Shown piece by piece: positions 40,501-49,308 of a stretch of DNA of 64,000 bases. Position 1 is the stretch's first letter; each line of letters opens with the position of its first letter. Source of the stretch: Cyanobacteria bacterium P01_D01_bin.156 (GTDB lineage Bacteria; Cyanobacteriota; Cyanobacteriia; Phormidesmidales; Phormidesmidaceae); NCBI GenBank assembly GCA_039024555.1, contig JBCCQQ010000013.1:41216-105215 (forward strand). The letters run 5' to 3'. Position numbers and translations under genes: made by a program. The notes beneath the pieces are model-generated. The model did no database searches. It was not told where the DNA came from and was given only the letters and a program-made list of their open reading frames with translations.

Positions 40501-42807
40501 ATTGATTTACTGGCGAATGAATTAAAGGCGTCGCCATCAGGCTTATCTGATTTTGATTTGAGTACAACAACAGATGCAGCTGTTGATGCTGAGGCTGTTC
40601 CAGAGGCCTATGAGTTCACAACTGCTGATGAGTTTGGCGATCTTGATGCGCTCCTTGACAGTCCCAGTTCTGTGGTCTCAAGTGCTGCCGAGGCCATCAG
40701 TGATCAGTCCCTAGTCAGTCCGGCTGCAAATGTAGATGATGATGAATTTGGTGATCTTGAAGCCTTATTGCAGGACGCTGACCAAACATTAACTGCGGGC
40801 GCAACTAGCGCTCCTGCTGCCTATCGCCCAAGTGCCAACCGTTTGCCCTCAGGGCGTCGGACGGTAACCGATCAAACCATGCGAGTATCGGTGGGCCATC
40901 TGGATAATCTCAGTAATCTGGTCGGGGAACTGGTGGTTAACCGTAATACCCTTGAGCAGGATCAAGAACGGCTGCGCCAATTCTTAGATAATCTTTTGTT
41001 CCAAGTGCAGCAGCTCAACGATGTAGGTCAACGGATGCGTGACCTTTATGAACGCTCATTATTGGAAAGCTCTTTGATTTCTAGTCGCCAATCTTATCAA
41101 ATGGCCAACAGTGGGGGAACACCCATCAGTAGGGCTGGCGATCATGCTACCGGAGAGTCTTTTGATGCTTTAGAAATGGATCGCTTTACCGGCTTCCATA
41201 CCTTGTCGCAGGAAATGATCGAGCTAATTGTCAGAGTACGTGAGTCGGCGTCTGACATTGCCTACACTGTTGAGTCCTCGGATCAGGTCACTCGTCAGTT
41301 TAGGCAGGTTACTAACCAGCTGCAAGAAGGGTTAAACAAGGCGAGAATGGTTCCTTTTGCCCAGACAGCTGCCCGCTTACCTCGGGCTGTGCGGGACATT
41401 TCTCTCAAATGTGGCAAGGAAGCTCGTTTGGTTGTTGAGGGGCGGGACATCTTGATTGACAAGATGATTTTAGAACAGCTCTACGATCCGATGACTCACT
41501 TGGTAAACAATGCTATTACCCATGGCATAGAGTCGCCCGAATATCGGCAGGCTGCTGGTAAGTCCTCAGAAGGTGTCATTACGGTTCAAGCGTTTTATCA
41601 GGGAAACCAAACGGTTATTTCTGTAGGTGACGATGGCGCTGGCATTGATCCCGCTATGGTTAAACAGAAAGCCTTGGAAAAAGGATTAATTACGCCCTCA
41701 GACGTCCAGTCGATGACCTTGCTGGATGTATATGACCTCCTGTTCCATCCAGGCTTTAGTACCCGCGATCAGGCTGATGATTTCGCTGGACGTGGATTTG
41801 GGATGGATGTGGTCCGTACGTCTTTAGCAGATATTCGAGGCAATATTACGGTTGATTCTGAGCCTGGTCGTGGCACTACGTTTACTATTCGCTTGCCGCT
41901 TACTCTCAGTATTTCTAAGGCCCTTAGCTGCGTTAGTAATCAGGCGCGGATTGCCTTTCCCATGGATGGTGTAGAGGACATGTTTGATGTGGCCTGCGAT
42001 CGCATTCAGAAAAATGATCAGGATCAAGACTGTATCTTGTGGCGTGATAACCTCCTCCCATTCCAGAAACTATCCGACCTACTTTCCTTTAACCGTACAT
42101 TAGGTCGTGGGCGCGTATACGGAGGTAACCAGGATGAAAATATCGTATCCATCGTTGTTCTCCGTAGCACCAATAGCTTTATCGCCCTCCAGGTCGATCA
42201 GGTCATGGGTGAACAGGAAATCGTAATTAAACAGCTAGAAGGACCTGTCCCTAAGCCCACGGGCATCGCTGGAGCCACCGTACTCGGCGATGGTCGTGTT
42301 ATGCCCATTGCCGATGTACTTGAACTGATTGATTTAGCGATGGGTCGTGTACGGCGTGAGCCCAGCACAGCCATGTGGACACAAGTTGAAGAGGCTCCCC
42401 CGGAATCAATGGGCACTTTGAAATCCGAGCCTACGGTCTTAATTGTGGACGACTCGATTACAGTCCGTGAACTCTTATCCATGAGCTTTAATAAAGTGGG
42501 CTATCGGGTGGAGCAGGCTCGTGATGGCCAAGAGGCTTGGGAAAAACTTCGCTCGGGACTGCCCTGCGATTTAGTTTTCTGTGATATTGAAATGCCTCGC
42601 ATGGATGGATTAGAGCTATTATCCCGTCTGCAAAAGGACAGTGGATTAAAAGCCATTCCCATTGCTATGCTCACATCTCGCGGTGCCGATCGACACCGAC
42701 AAATGGCCGTTGATTTGGGCGCTAGCGGATATTTTACAAAGCCATATCTAGAAGAAGCCTTATTAGATGCAGCGAATAAGATGCTCCATGGCGAAAGATT
42801 GGTTTAG
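37513..42807 (+). CDS. hmpE: CheA-like hybrid kinase (HmpE/PilL): Hpt-acidic linker-dimer-HATPase-CheW-REC
   Basis: FRAAHSVKGGA (Hpt), HLVNNAITHGIE, GRGFGMDVV, CheW GATVLGDG, C-terminal REC. Confidence 0.93.
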   Translation: MMVPEQQQRILGYFIEEAKDHLNTIEQGLLNLQATIGNPEMANEIFRAAHSVKGGAAMLGIESMQRTSHRLEDYFKVLKESPVQVDRPLESMFLRIFDALQELLEQLQGPFGLTAEKEQSIMTGVEPVFQQLEEHLEQLVKTTGGSIAIPESSISVAAIQTPQPVEESALKLVFSSDVSETLREMLARFKQADTDDTRNALKTCCQLLEQFGEQFSLPAWLNLSKHARWAVCDRNNDYRTLAPVLIKEIKKAQDFVLAGREPEILISETLQTLAADSAANEHTDDTDNFDALFTDSLFDSSDASLELGDLEIAEDTNLSSDALQIDSVAPDINGDDPISLDDLLNEAAISQSGPEVGAAELMSLADLFETSSDELDSDWQEEDVSMSNDSDMEQRLDADVSPDFEDLLADATPVAASDDFTSGNELADLFGDTDIPDTASQLSPLDAASNRPSAVDARSVASTAPSDNLDSIDDLFIEASEVDDPASVDELFGDLAPETETSDELLTELDTPSPEEINIDLLQDSLFAEVSEPSEPATIDDMASVDELFGGLAPETETSDELLTELDTPSPEEINIDLLQDSLFAEVSEPSEPAAIDDMASVDELFGDLVAPETETSDELLAELNNPSPEEIDIGFPEESKDSLDLDELELLAESNVEEEDNSITLTALSLDEVGAQDSEPMDTPETDLALDLSGALGNDVLDSDTSDFDAALKNTHDSSQNDEWFSSASLEITDQITSEGSLDGGDFFTAVNEPESEQRSVAEPSEFDDFFEVDASTQSAQIESLADDLWDIGDNAAVVDTADDLLTDIWAENSSSDDLTLETAEPSPETLTTDDSNALDLDDLWASTEESLADDGTSSDLFEDSSDVSTTQPDLENLFGSEPDGLVDGSRFNSPEALDASMASLDDREESGVDELFGDTPLESSEISSLDDIELTTETVDTAEYKANLDTDLLNTPPSNDLEFDLLDLEDGGIVTGFVDDMPVDREDLPDSALEIDLLANELKASPSGLSDFDLSTTTDAAVDAEAVPEAYEFTTADEFGDLDALLDSPSSVVSSAAEAISDQSLVSPAANVDDDEFGDLEALLQDADQTLTAGATSAPAAYRPSANRLPSGRRTVTDQTMRVSVGHLDNLSNLVGELVVNRNTLEQDQERLRQFLDNLLFQVQQLNDVGQRMRDLYERSLLESSLISSRQSYQMANSGGTPISRAGDHATGESFDALEMDRFTGFHTLSQEMIELIVRVRESASDIAYTVESSDQVTRQFRQVTNQLQEGLNKARMVPFAQTAARLPRAVRDISLKCGKEARLVVEGRDILIDKMILEQLYDPMTHLVNNAITHGIESPEYRQAAGKSSEGVITVQAFYQGNQTVISVGDDGAGIDPAMVKQKALEKGLITPSDVQSMTLLDVYDLLFHPGFSTRDQADDFAGRGFGMDVVRTSLADIRGNITVDSEPGRGTTFTIRLPLTLSISKALSCVSNQARIAFPMDGVEDMFDVACDRIQKNDQDQDCILWRDNLLPFQKLSDLLSFNRTLGRGRVYGGNQDENIVSIVVLRSTNSFIALQVDQVMGEQEIVIKQLEGPVPKPTGIAGATVLGDGRVMPIADVLELIDLAMGRVRREPSTAMWTQVEEAPPESMGTLKSEPTVLIVDDSITVRELLSMSFNKVGYRVEQARDGQEAWEKLRSGLPCDLVFCDIEMPRMDGLELLSRLQKDSGLKAIPIAMLTSRGADRHRQMAVDLGASGYFTKPYLEEALLDAANKMLHGERLV
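38968..39415 (+). repeat. 171-bp (57-aa) in-frame tandem repeat in hmpE, ~2.6 copies
   Basis: Units start at 38968, 39139 and 39310 (ASVDELFG.LAPETETSDELL...); the first two are nearly identical in DNA. Confidence 0.95.
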
Positions 42808-43009
42808 GATCAAGCTAGTAGACGTCAAGCTTTAGAGATTTGGATGAGGCCGGGCAGCCGGTACTGGTGTTGTAATGATGACGCTTATTGTTCTGGTGAT
42901 CCTATCCAAAGATTGAGTGCTGACAGGCTACTAGCCGTCTGTAGTGTCGAGTTTTGCAATTTAGAGACTCCGACCGTACAACAGATACTAAACTCCGCGG
43001 GATCAACTC

Positions 43010-44494
43010 ATGACGTCTGGTGCAACCCTTACAGAAAAAACGACCGAGCAACGGAACTGGCAACCCATTGTTCAGGAATTTATGCGGGCATTGGGCGAGG
43101 ATCAGGTGGTTCGCCGTAAGGAAGAACTCTTAGTGTACGAATGCGATGGCTTAACTAGCTATCGTCAACGTCCCGCCTTAGTTGTGTTGCCTAGAACTAC
43201 GGAAGAGGTCGCAGCGGCCGTTAAGATTTGCGATCGAAATCAGGTTCCCTTTGTCACACGGGGGGCTGGAACTGGACTTTCTGGTGGCGCCCTTCCCCTG
43301 GAAGATAGCGTACTCATTGTCACCGCCTGTATGCGGCAAATTTTAGATATTGACTACGATAACCAGCGCATCGTCGTCCAACCCGGTGTAATCAACAACT
43401 GGGTCACCCAGGCTGTCAGTGGTGCTGGTTTTTATTATGCGCCCGATCCATCTAGCCAGTCCGTCTGCTCCATTGGCGGCAACATTGCAGAAAACTCGGG
43501 TGGTGTTCACTGTCTAAAATATGGGGTAACGACTAACCATGTGCTGGGCCTTAAACTAGTCCTCCCCAACGGGGATATCGTAGACGTCGGTAACATATCA
43601 GAAACGCCAGGCTACGATTTAACCGGTATCTTTGTTGGCTCCGAAGGCACCCTGGGTATCGCTACCGAGATTACCCTACGCATTCTTAAATCTCCAGAGA
43701 GTGTCCAAACCCTCCTGGCTGACTTCGATAGCGTTGAAGCTGCTGCTAACAGCGTGTCCGACATTATCGGAGCCGGGATCATTCCAGCTGGGATGGAAAT
43801 GATGGATAACTTTAGCATCAATGCGGTAGAAGAAGTCGTGGCCATGGACTGCTACCCCCGAGATGCTACTGCCATCTTGTTGGTGGAAGTGGATGGTTCC
43901 CCAGCTGACGTGAAGGCCAGTGCTAATAAAGTTAGCGAAATTGTTAAGGAAAATGGCGCCAGGGACGTTGCGATCGCAACCACGGCAGAAGAACGCTTAC
44001 GCCTTTGGAAAGGCCGCAAAGCTGCCTTTGCCGCCATGGGTAAACTTAGCCCAGACTACTATGTCCAAGATGGTGTCATTCCTCGGTCTGAGCTCCCACA
44101 GGTTCTCAATGACATCGAAACCCTTAGCCAAAAATACGGTTATCGGGTGGCTAACGTCTTCCACGCCGGAGACGGCAACTTACACCCGCTTATTCTCTAT
44201 AACAATTCCATTCCCGGGCAGCTGGAAACGGTTGAAGCCTTGGGAGGAGATATCCTTAAACTTTGCGTTGAAGCAGGCGGCAGCATTTCTGGAGAACATG
44301 GCATCGGAGCCGATAAACGCTGCTACATGCCCCAAATGTTTACCTCAGCAGATTTAGACACGATGACCTGGGTCCGTCAAGCTATCAATACCCAAGGACT
44401 GGCCAACCCTACAAAGCTATTTCCCACCCCGAAAACCTGTGGAGAAGCTGCCACAGCTCAATCTACTAAGTTTGAAACTGTAGACCGCTTTTAG
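43010..44494 (+). CDS. glcD: Glycolate oxidase/dehydrogenase subunit D
   Basis: RGAGTGLSGG, YAPDPSS, GGVHCLKYGVT, FHAGDGNLHP, GEHGIG. Confidence 0.93.
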   Translation: MTSGATLTEKTTEQRNWQPIVQEFMRALGEDQVVRRKEELLVYECDGLTSYRQRPALVVLPRTTEEVAAAVKICDRNQVPFVTRGAGTGLSGGALPLEDSVLIVTACMRQILDIDYDNQRIVVQPGVINNWVTQAVSGAGFYYAPDPSSQSVCSIGGNIAENSGGVHCLKYGVTTNHVLGLKLVLPNGDIVDVGNISETPGYDLTGIFVGSEGTLGIATEITLRILKSPESVQTLLADFDSVEAAANSVSDIIGAGIIPAGMEMMDNFSINAVEEVVAMDCYPRDATAILLVEVDGSPADVKASANKVSEIVKENGARDVAIATTAEERLRLWKGRKAAFAAMGKLSPDYYVQDGVIPRSELPQVLNDIETLSQKYGYRVANVFHAGDGNLHPLILYNNSIPGQLETVEALGGDILKLCVEAGGSISGEHGIGADKRCYMPQMFTSADLDTMTWVRQAINTQGLANPTKLFPTPKTCGEAATAQSTKFETVDRF

Positions 44495-44759
44495 CATTTG
44501 AGTAATACAAAACGGCCTTTTTTTACCCAACTTCTCCGCATTTATACGTAGAGATCACTCCAACTATTTGTACAAGTTCTGTACATTAGCTGATAGCTCT
44601 ACCAAGGTATAAGGGTAGGTTAAAACCGTAGCGCTAATCAAGCAAGACCAAAGCTTTTCAGGTTTTCACCCCAGATGATAATAGATCTGATAGCCATGGG
44701 TAGCTTAGAAGCTAGGAGCTAGACGCTACATCCCAAACCTCAAGGAGACACTTTCCATA

Positions 44760-45365
44760 ATGAAGACAACTCTACGTGCAAAGCTACTGCAGCACCTAGT
44801 CAGCAAGAAAAAAGCTAACGAAGGTTTTACCCTAATTGAGCTACTGGTAGTAATCATCATCATCGGTATTCTAGCTGCGATCGCTCTACCGTCCTTCCTC
44901 AACCAGGCAAACAAAGCCAGACAGACAGAAGCCGTTACTAATGTTGGTGCCATCAATCGTGGCCAGCAAGCATACGTACTTGAAAAAGCTAAATTTTCTG
45001 ACTCAATTAGTGCACTAGGTATAGGTATTAAAGTGCAGTCAGAAAATTACCTTTTCGGCGATGGTACTAATCAAAACGATCTTGTTGGCATGACTGCAAG
45101 CGCCACATCTGCCACTGACTTTAGTAAAGGTGGAGTTGTCGTTGCTAATCCTGTGACGGCTCAATCTTCTAACTTGAAGTCTTATATTGGAGCCGCCTAT
45201 CTGCTGTCTGAGGCGGTTACTAGCGAGGTTACATCAACTACGCTTTTATGTGAGAAAAATGACCCTGGTGTAGCACCTGCAGTAGCTAGTTTGTTTTCCA
45301 CAATTAGCAATATTGGCTCAACCGGTACCCAACTAGAATGTGCTACTGGTTTTACGGCGAAGTAG
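44760..45365 (+). CDS. pilA: Type IV major pilin
   Basis: Prepilin cleavage G|FTLIELLVVIIIIGILAAIALPSFLNQA; C-terminal Cys pair; AAGGAG upstream. Confidence 0.93.
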   Translation: MKTTLRAKLLQHLVSKKKANEGFTLIELLVVIIIIGILAAIALPSFLNQANKARQTEAVTNVGAINRGQQAYVLEKAKFSDSISALGIGIKVQSENYLFGDGTNQNDLVGMTASATSATDFSKGGVVVANPVTAQSSNLKSYIGAAYLLSEAVTSEVTSTTLLCEKNDPGVAPAVASLFSTISNIGSTGTQLECATGFTAK

Positions 45366-45368
45366 TTT

Positions 45369-45499
45369 GTTATCTAGCTTTGCAAAAAGCTAGATAACGC
45401 AGTGACTTAAAAGCTGAGTACGATAGTTATTGCTTTCGTACTCAGCTTTTGTTTAGATGAAAGCGTCTGACAGTTCACCAAATCTGTTAGACGCTTTCA
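45369..45499 (+). terminator. Three consecutive hairpins downstream of pilA
   Basis: 45369-45398 GTTATCTAGCTTT/AAAGCTAGATAAC; 45409-45450 AAAAGCTGAGTACGA/TCGTACTCAGCTTTT; 45458-45499 TGAAAGCGTCTGACAG/CTGTTAGACGCTTTCA. Confidence 0.8.
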
Positions 45500-45745
45500 A
45501 TGTTAGGACGAGCCAAGCCAACTGGGGGCTGTAGTTTTTGGAAAAATTAAGGCAAGCAAGCATTTTATTCATCAGGTCTTCAAGTCATTGAACTCCATCT
45601 AAACCAGACATTTTGTTGGCGTAAACCTTAAGTTAAGGAGGCTTTGTTTGCTTGGATGCTTTTGGAAGCCACTAAAGATAGTGGTAAAAGGCTAACTCTT
45701 TGTTCTGTTTTGATTGTAGTGAGCTTGCAATAGGTCAAGCTTGAT

Positions 45746-46534
45746 GTGTTTATGAATTTGTTTCCCATTTTCAAATTCCTGTTACCACTAAGTTTGCTAT
45801 TGGGGATAGGGCTCTTTCAGAGAGCTAATCTAACCAGTATTAAAGGTGATAGCTTAGAAGAAATATCTGAGTTTGATATGCAGCAGCAAAGTGAAGCTTC
45901 CGCCTTGCGTTTTCAGCTTTTATCAAACTTACCTGATTTTGGCTTTAGCAATCTTGTTAGTAGTTGGACGTTTCTAAACTTTTTACAGTACTTTGGTGAT
46001 TCTGAGATGCGCGAGCAAACAGGCTACCTTCTCAGTCCAAGTTTTTTTGAGATAATTACAGACCGCGATCCTGGTTTTATTGATAGCTATATCTACCTTG
46101 CCAACAGCATCTCAATGTATGCAGGGCAACCACGCGAATCGATTCGCTTAATGGAGCAAGGCCTATCAGAACTGTCCCCTGAAACAGTGCCAAGATCTTA
46201 CCTGGTCTGGCGTCACAAAGCGACTGACGAGCTATTGTTTGTTAGGGATACACAAGCCGCACAAATATCCTATGCAACAGCTGCTGATTGGGCAGAGCGT
46301 TCAGCTGATCCAGATGCGGCAAATATTGCGGCAGCGTCAAACCAGACCGCTGTATTTCTAGCCAATGAACCTAACAGCAAACCTGCTCAGATTAGTGCCT
46401 GGTCACAGGTTTTACTAAGAGCTACAGATGATACTATCCGAGAGGCAGCCATATCTAACATTGAGGCCTTAGGAGGTAGAGTTTTGCTTGCTGAAAATGG
46501 TCAAGTAACGGTTAGATATCGCAGTGAGGAGTAA
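45746..46534 (+). CDS. Conserved pilA-linked hypothetical protein (Sll1696-like)
   Basis: N-terminal TM; FGFSNLVSSWTFLNFLQYFGD...TGY..SP.FFE motif I associate with genes following cyanobacterial pilA. Confidence 0.75.
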   Translation: MFMNLFPIFKFLLPLSLLLGIGLFQRANLTSIKGDSLEEISEFDMQQQSEASALRFQLLSNLPDFGFSNLVSSWTFLNFLQYFGDSEMREQTGYLLSPSFFEIITDRDPGFIDSYIYLANSISMYAGQPRESIRLMEQGLSELSPETVPRSYLVWRHKATDELLFVRDTQAAQISYATAADWAERSADPDAANIAAASNQTAVFLANEPNSKPAQISAWSQVLLRATDDTIREAAISNIEALGGRVLLAENGQVTVRYRSEE

Positions 46535-46652
46535 AACTTAGGAGCAAGTGAGAAAGCCTGAGTTAGCTACCTATAGGGTGCGAAGAAAAGTAAGAAGTTG
46601 ATAGATGCTACTCGATTACCGATTAACTTCTTGCTCCTTACGCTGGATTTTG

Positions 46653-49232
46653 TTAGGTAGTGTTCGATGATTCAAGCTTGGATATGAGTCTTTGACGACG
46701 TGGCTGAAGAAACCTTTCAAGTTCTGGGAAGAAAGTAGGTGTAGAGAAGAGAGTTGTTAAAGTAGCTCTCACAGGTTGATTAACAATTTGAGGAGCATAA
46801 TCGATTGGGAAAGGTCCGTCGATATGTCGGTTTAGGATACCGAAGCCAATTCTTTCACTACGGGGTTGAAGAATCAGGCCACTATTTTTTAACCAATCAT
46901 CAAAACTCGTTGCCTGTCTCATCGTTCTCGCAAACTGGTCAACTTGTTCCGAGGTAGGCAGTGCGATATTAAATTGTGGCAAATCATTTCTAGGTTCAAT
47001 TAGAAGTTGCTCTAACAGAACTTGTCGTTTTTCTGGTTGCAACCAAGCTAGAAATGCTTGGTTGCCAGTCATATTCTTTGGTATGTCGCTCAGCTGGAGA
47101 CGTTTCCCCTGTGCTAGTTGCAATACAATCTCTCCTGTCGGAAAATTATGCCAATCTTCAGCCGCTTTGCTGTAACTGCCTTGCCACCAATGTAGAGCAC
47201 CTCTTTGACGTTCTATGTGAGCTCTGAGCAAGGGATCTGTAGTTTTGAGAGATTGAATATCTGTTACGTATACTTTCTCCAGTTCTTTAAATACGTCCTC
47301 CTTAACAGTATCAAGCTCTCCCAGTTGCCAAATCGGACTAGTAAGTACTGTGGGGAAGCGTAAAAGCTCTATGACCAAAGCTTCAATAGCCAATGAAGGC
47401 TGTTCACTACGCAATAGGGAAAGACCTAGACCTAGGAAAACACCTTGCTTTGCAGGAATGAGAGCAGCAGAGTTAGTAAAAACACGAACGGCATCATGGG
47501 GGCTAGTCTGGGTTAATAACCAACCTAGATTAGACTGACCAAATTCTTGGTAAGGAGCGATTTCATTAGCTTTCTGAAACCATGTAATGGCATTCTCCCG
47601 AAGTCGAGCACTTGATTCTCCGCTAACCTGAAAACTAAAGTCTCCTAAAGTCCAAGCGAGCATAGATGGGTAGTACGGTTCCCAAGGGGCTAACTGATGA
47701 GCTTGGGTTAAAGCTGTTTCAAAATTGTCAAAGTTACCGAGCTCTAGCTGATCAAAGCCTTGTTTTGATAAAGCCCAGGCTCGATGAATGGGGACCAACC
47801 ATAAAGTAATAACCAGCATTAAACCAAGGCCAGAACATACCCGGAGGTATGACAAGACTCTCTTAGCTGGAATATGGCCTCTAGTCGATGGACTTTGAAA
47901 CACCCTTGCTAAAATGACAAAATTTATTATCAGAACACCGCTGATGGCTGGAGTATCTAACTGATAGTCCGTTAACCCCATGAGGCCATAAGCCAACAGG
48001 CTGGCTAGTAGGCTCCAGACTAACACTGGAGGGATAAACGATTCAGTTTTTCTTTGCTGGCTCCAACCCCAGGTTCGCCAAACAAGAAGGCTTATCAGGG
48101 TTATCATAGCTCCCACACCCCAAATACCCAGTTCCGCCCATAGCTGGGCTGGGGTGCTATGGAGCTGAAAGTGTAGTTCTGCCTCGCGTCCGGCCCAATA
48201 GGGGCGATATTTTTGGTAAAGCTGAAATACACCACCAGGGCCAACACCAGTCAGTGGATGGTCTAGGCCCATATGCCAACCAATGGTATTTGTAATAATA
48301 CGATACCCGAGCTCACTATTATTGGTTTTACCCTGTAAAAGAGCTAGCAATGGTCGCCGAACACGACCGTTAGCCAAGGTAATGGCAACTAGGGCACATA
48401 GCATTAAGCTGCCCGTAGGTAAGACTAAACGATGAGGGAGAGAGCTGCGAAAGAGAGTAATAGTAAGCGCGATCGCAATAGTCACAATCAGCGCCAGTAG
48501 TCCACCCCGAGAACTTGCTGTGTATAAATCGATCAGCCCCAAACCACAGCCAGCTATCCATAGCCAACGCTGCCAGCTTTTTTCGATAACGGCTAGCCCA
48601 AACAACAAAGGCAAAATTAAAACCAGATAGCCTGCTACGTAGTTTTGATGCCCAAGAGGGTACCAGTTACGCAGGCTGGTCACGCCAAAGTTGAACTGTT
48701 GGGAGACTCCATAGGGTTCGAGCCCAGCCAAGCGCTCCAATTCGGGAAAGTAGGTTCGCGATAACCATAGACCCAAACTAACAAGAATAAAAGCAACACC
48801 CAGAACAGCCTGAAACTTGAGAAGTAGAATCGTTTGTTTTGGCGTTTTTACCCAACCGGATAGAGCATACATAGCTGCAATACCTCCTAGGGCTGCCCAA
48901 GAGTACCAAATCGCTTGGTTAGGAAACTCTGCAAATAGGGTGGAAACGCCTAGACCGATTACCAAAAGAGCCATGGGCCAATCCAACCCTGAACCCAATT
49001 TAAAGGCAGATAGCGGCTTAAACCAAAGCTGCCACAACAACCAAATAATGGGCAACATCAGGGTCACCTGCCACACTGCCACCCAAGGCCACGAAACCAT
49101 CAGGGAATGGCTACTGGGCAATAGGGTAAACAACACATAAAACCCAACTGTTAGCAGTCCGATTAGATTGCCATTCGCGGTTCCTGGAGAGACGGGTGCT
49201 GTTAGAGGGGATTCTGAGGCTGGCAGAGACAT
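46653..49232 (-). CDS. O-antigen ligase / O-oligosaccharyltransferase-like membrane protein (Wzy_C) with TPR-like C-terminus
   Basis: Multi-TM; LGHQNYVAGYL, SSRGG, GVGPG, HSTPAQLWAELG, TDYQL. Confidence 0.85.
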   Translation of the reverse strand: MSLPASESPLTAPVSPGTANGNLIGLLTVGFYVLFTLLPSSHSLMVSWPWVAVWQVTLMLPIIWLLWQLWFKPLSAFKLGSGLDWPMALLVIGLGVSTLFAEFPNQAIWYSWAALGGIAAMYALSGWVKTPKQTILLLKFQAVLGVAFILVSLGLWLSRTYFPELERLAGLEPYGVSQQFNFGVTSLRNWYPLGHQNYVAGYLVLILPLLFGLAVIEKSWQRWLWIAGCGLGLIDLYTASSRGGLLALIVTIAIALTITLFRSSLPHRLVLPTGSLMLCALVAITLANGRVRRPLLALLQGKTNNSELGYRIITNTIGWHMGLDHPLTGVGPGGVFQLYQKYRPYWAGREAELHFQLHSTPAQLWAELGIWGVGAMITLISLLVWRTWGWSQQRKTESFIPPVLVWSLLASLLAYGLMGLTDYQLDTPAISGVLIINFVILARVFQSPSTRGHIPAKRVLSYLRVCSGLGLMLVITLWLVPIHRAWALSKQGFDQLELGNFDNFETALTQAHQLAPWEPYYPSMLAWTLGDFSFQVSGESSARLRENAITWFQKANEIAPYQEFGQSNLGWLLTQTSPHDAVRVFTNSAALIPAKQGVFLGLGLSLLRSEQPSLAIEALVIELLRFPTVLTSPIWQLGELDTVKEDVFKELEKVYVTDIQSLKTTDPLLRAHIERQRGALHWWQGSYSKAAEDWHNFPTGEIVLQLAQGKRLQLSDIPKNMTGNQAFLAWLQPEKRQVLLEQLLIEPRNDLPQFNIALPTSEQVDQFARTMRQATSFDDWLKNSGLILQPRSERIGFGILNRHIDGPFPIDYAPQIVNQPVRATLTTLFSTPTFFPELERFLQPRRQRLISKLESSNTT

Positions 49233-49308
49233 GGAGAAGAAGGAGGGATGGTATGCTGTGATAGTGAGCGAAAACGCACGGATAAAATCAAAGGGTTATC
49301 ATTACGGC

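Noticed and set aside
44611..44622. GGGTAGGTT as a SigF-type pilA promoter
   Set aside because: Plausible, but too short and degenerate to call without TSS data.
45340..45365. TfpO-type C-terminal serine glycosylation of PilA
   Set aside because: The pilin ends in ...GFTAK, not Ser; any glycosylation would have to be at internal sites.
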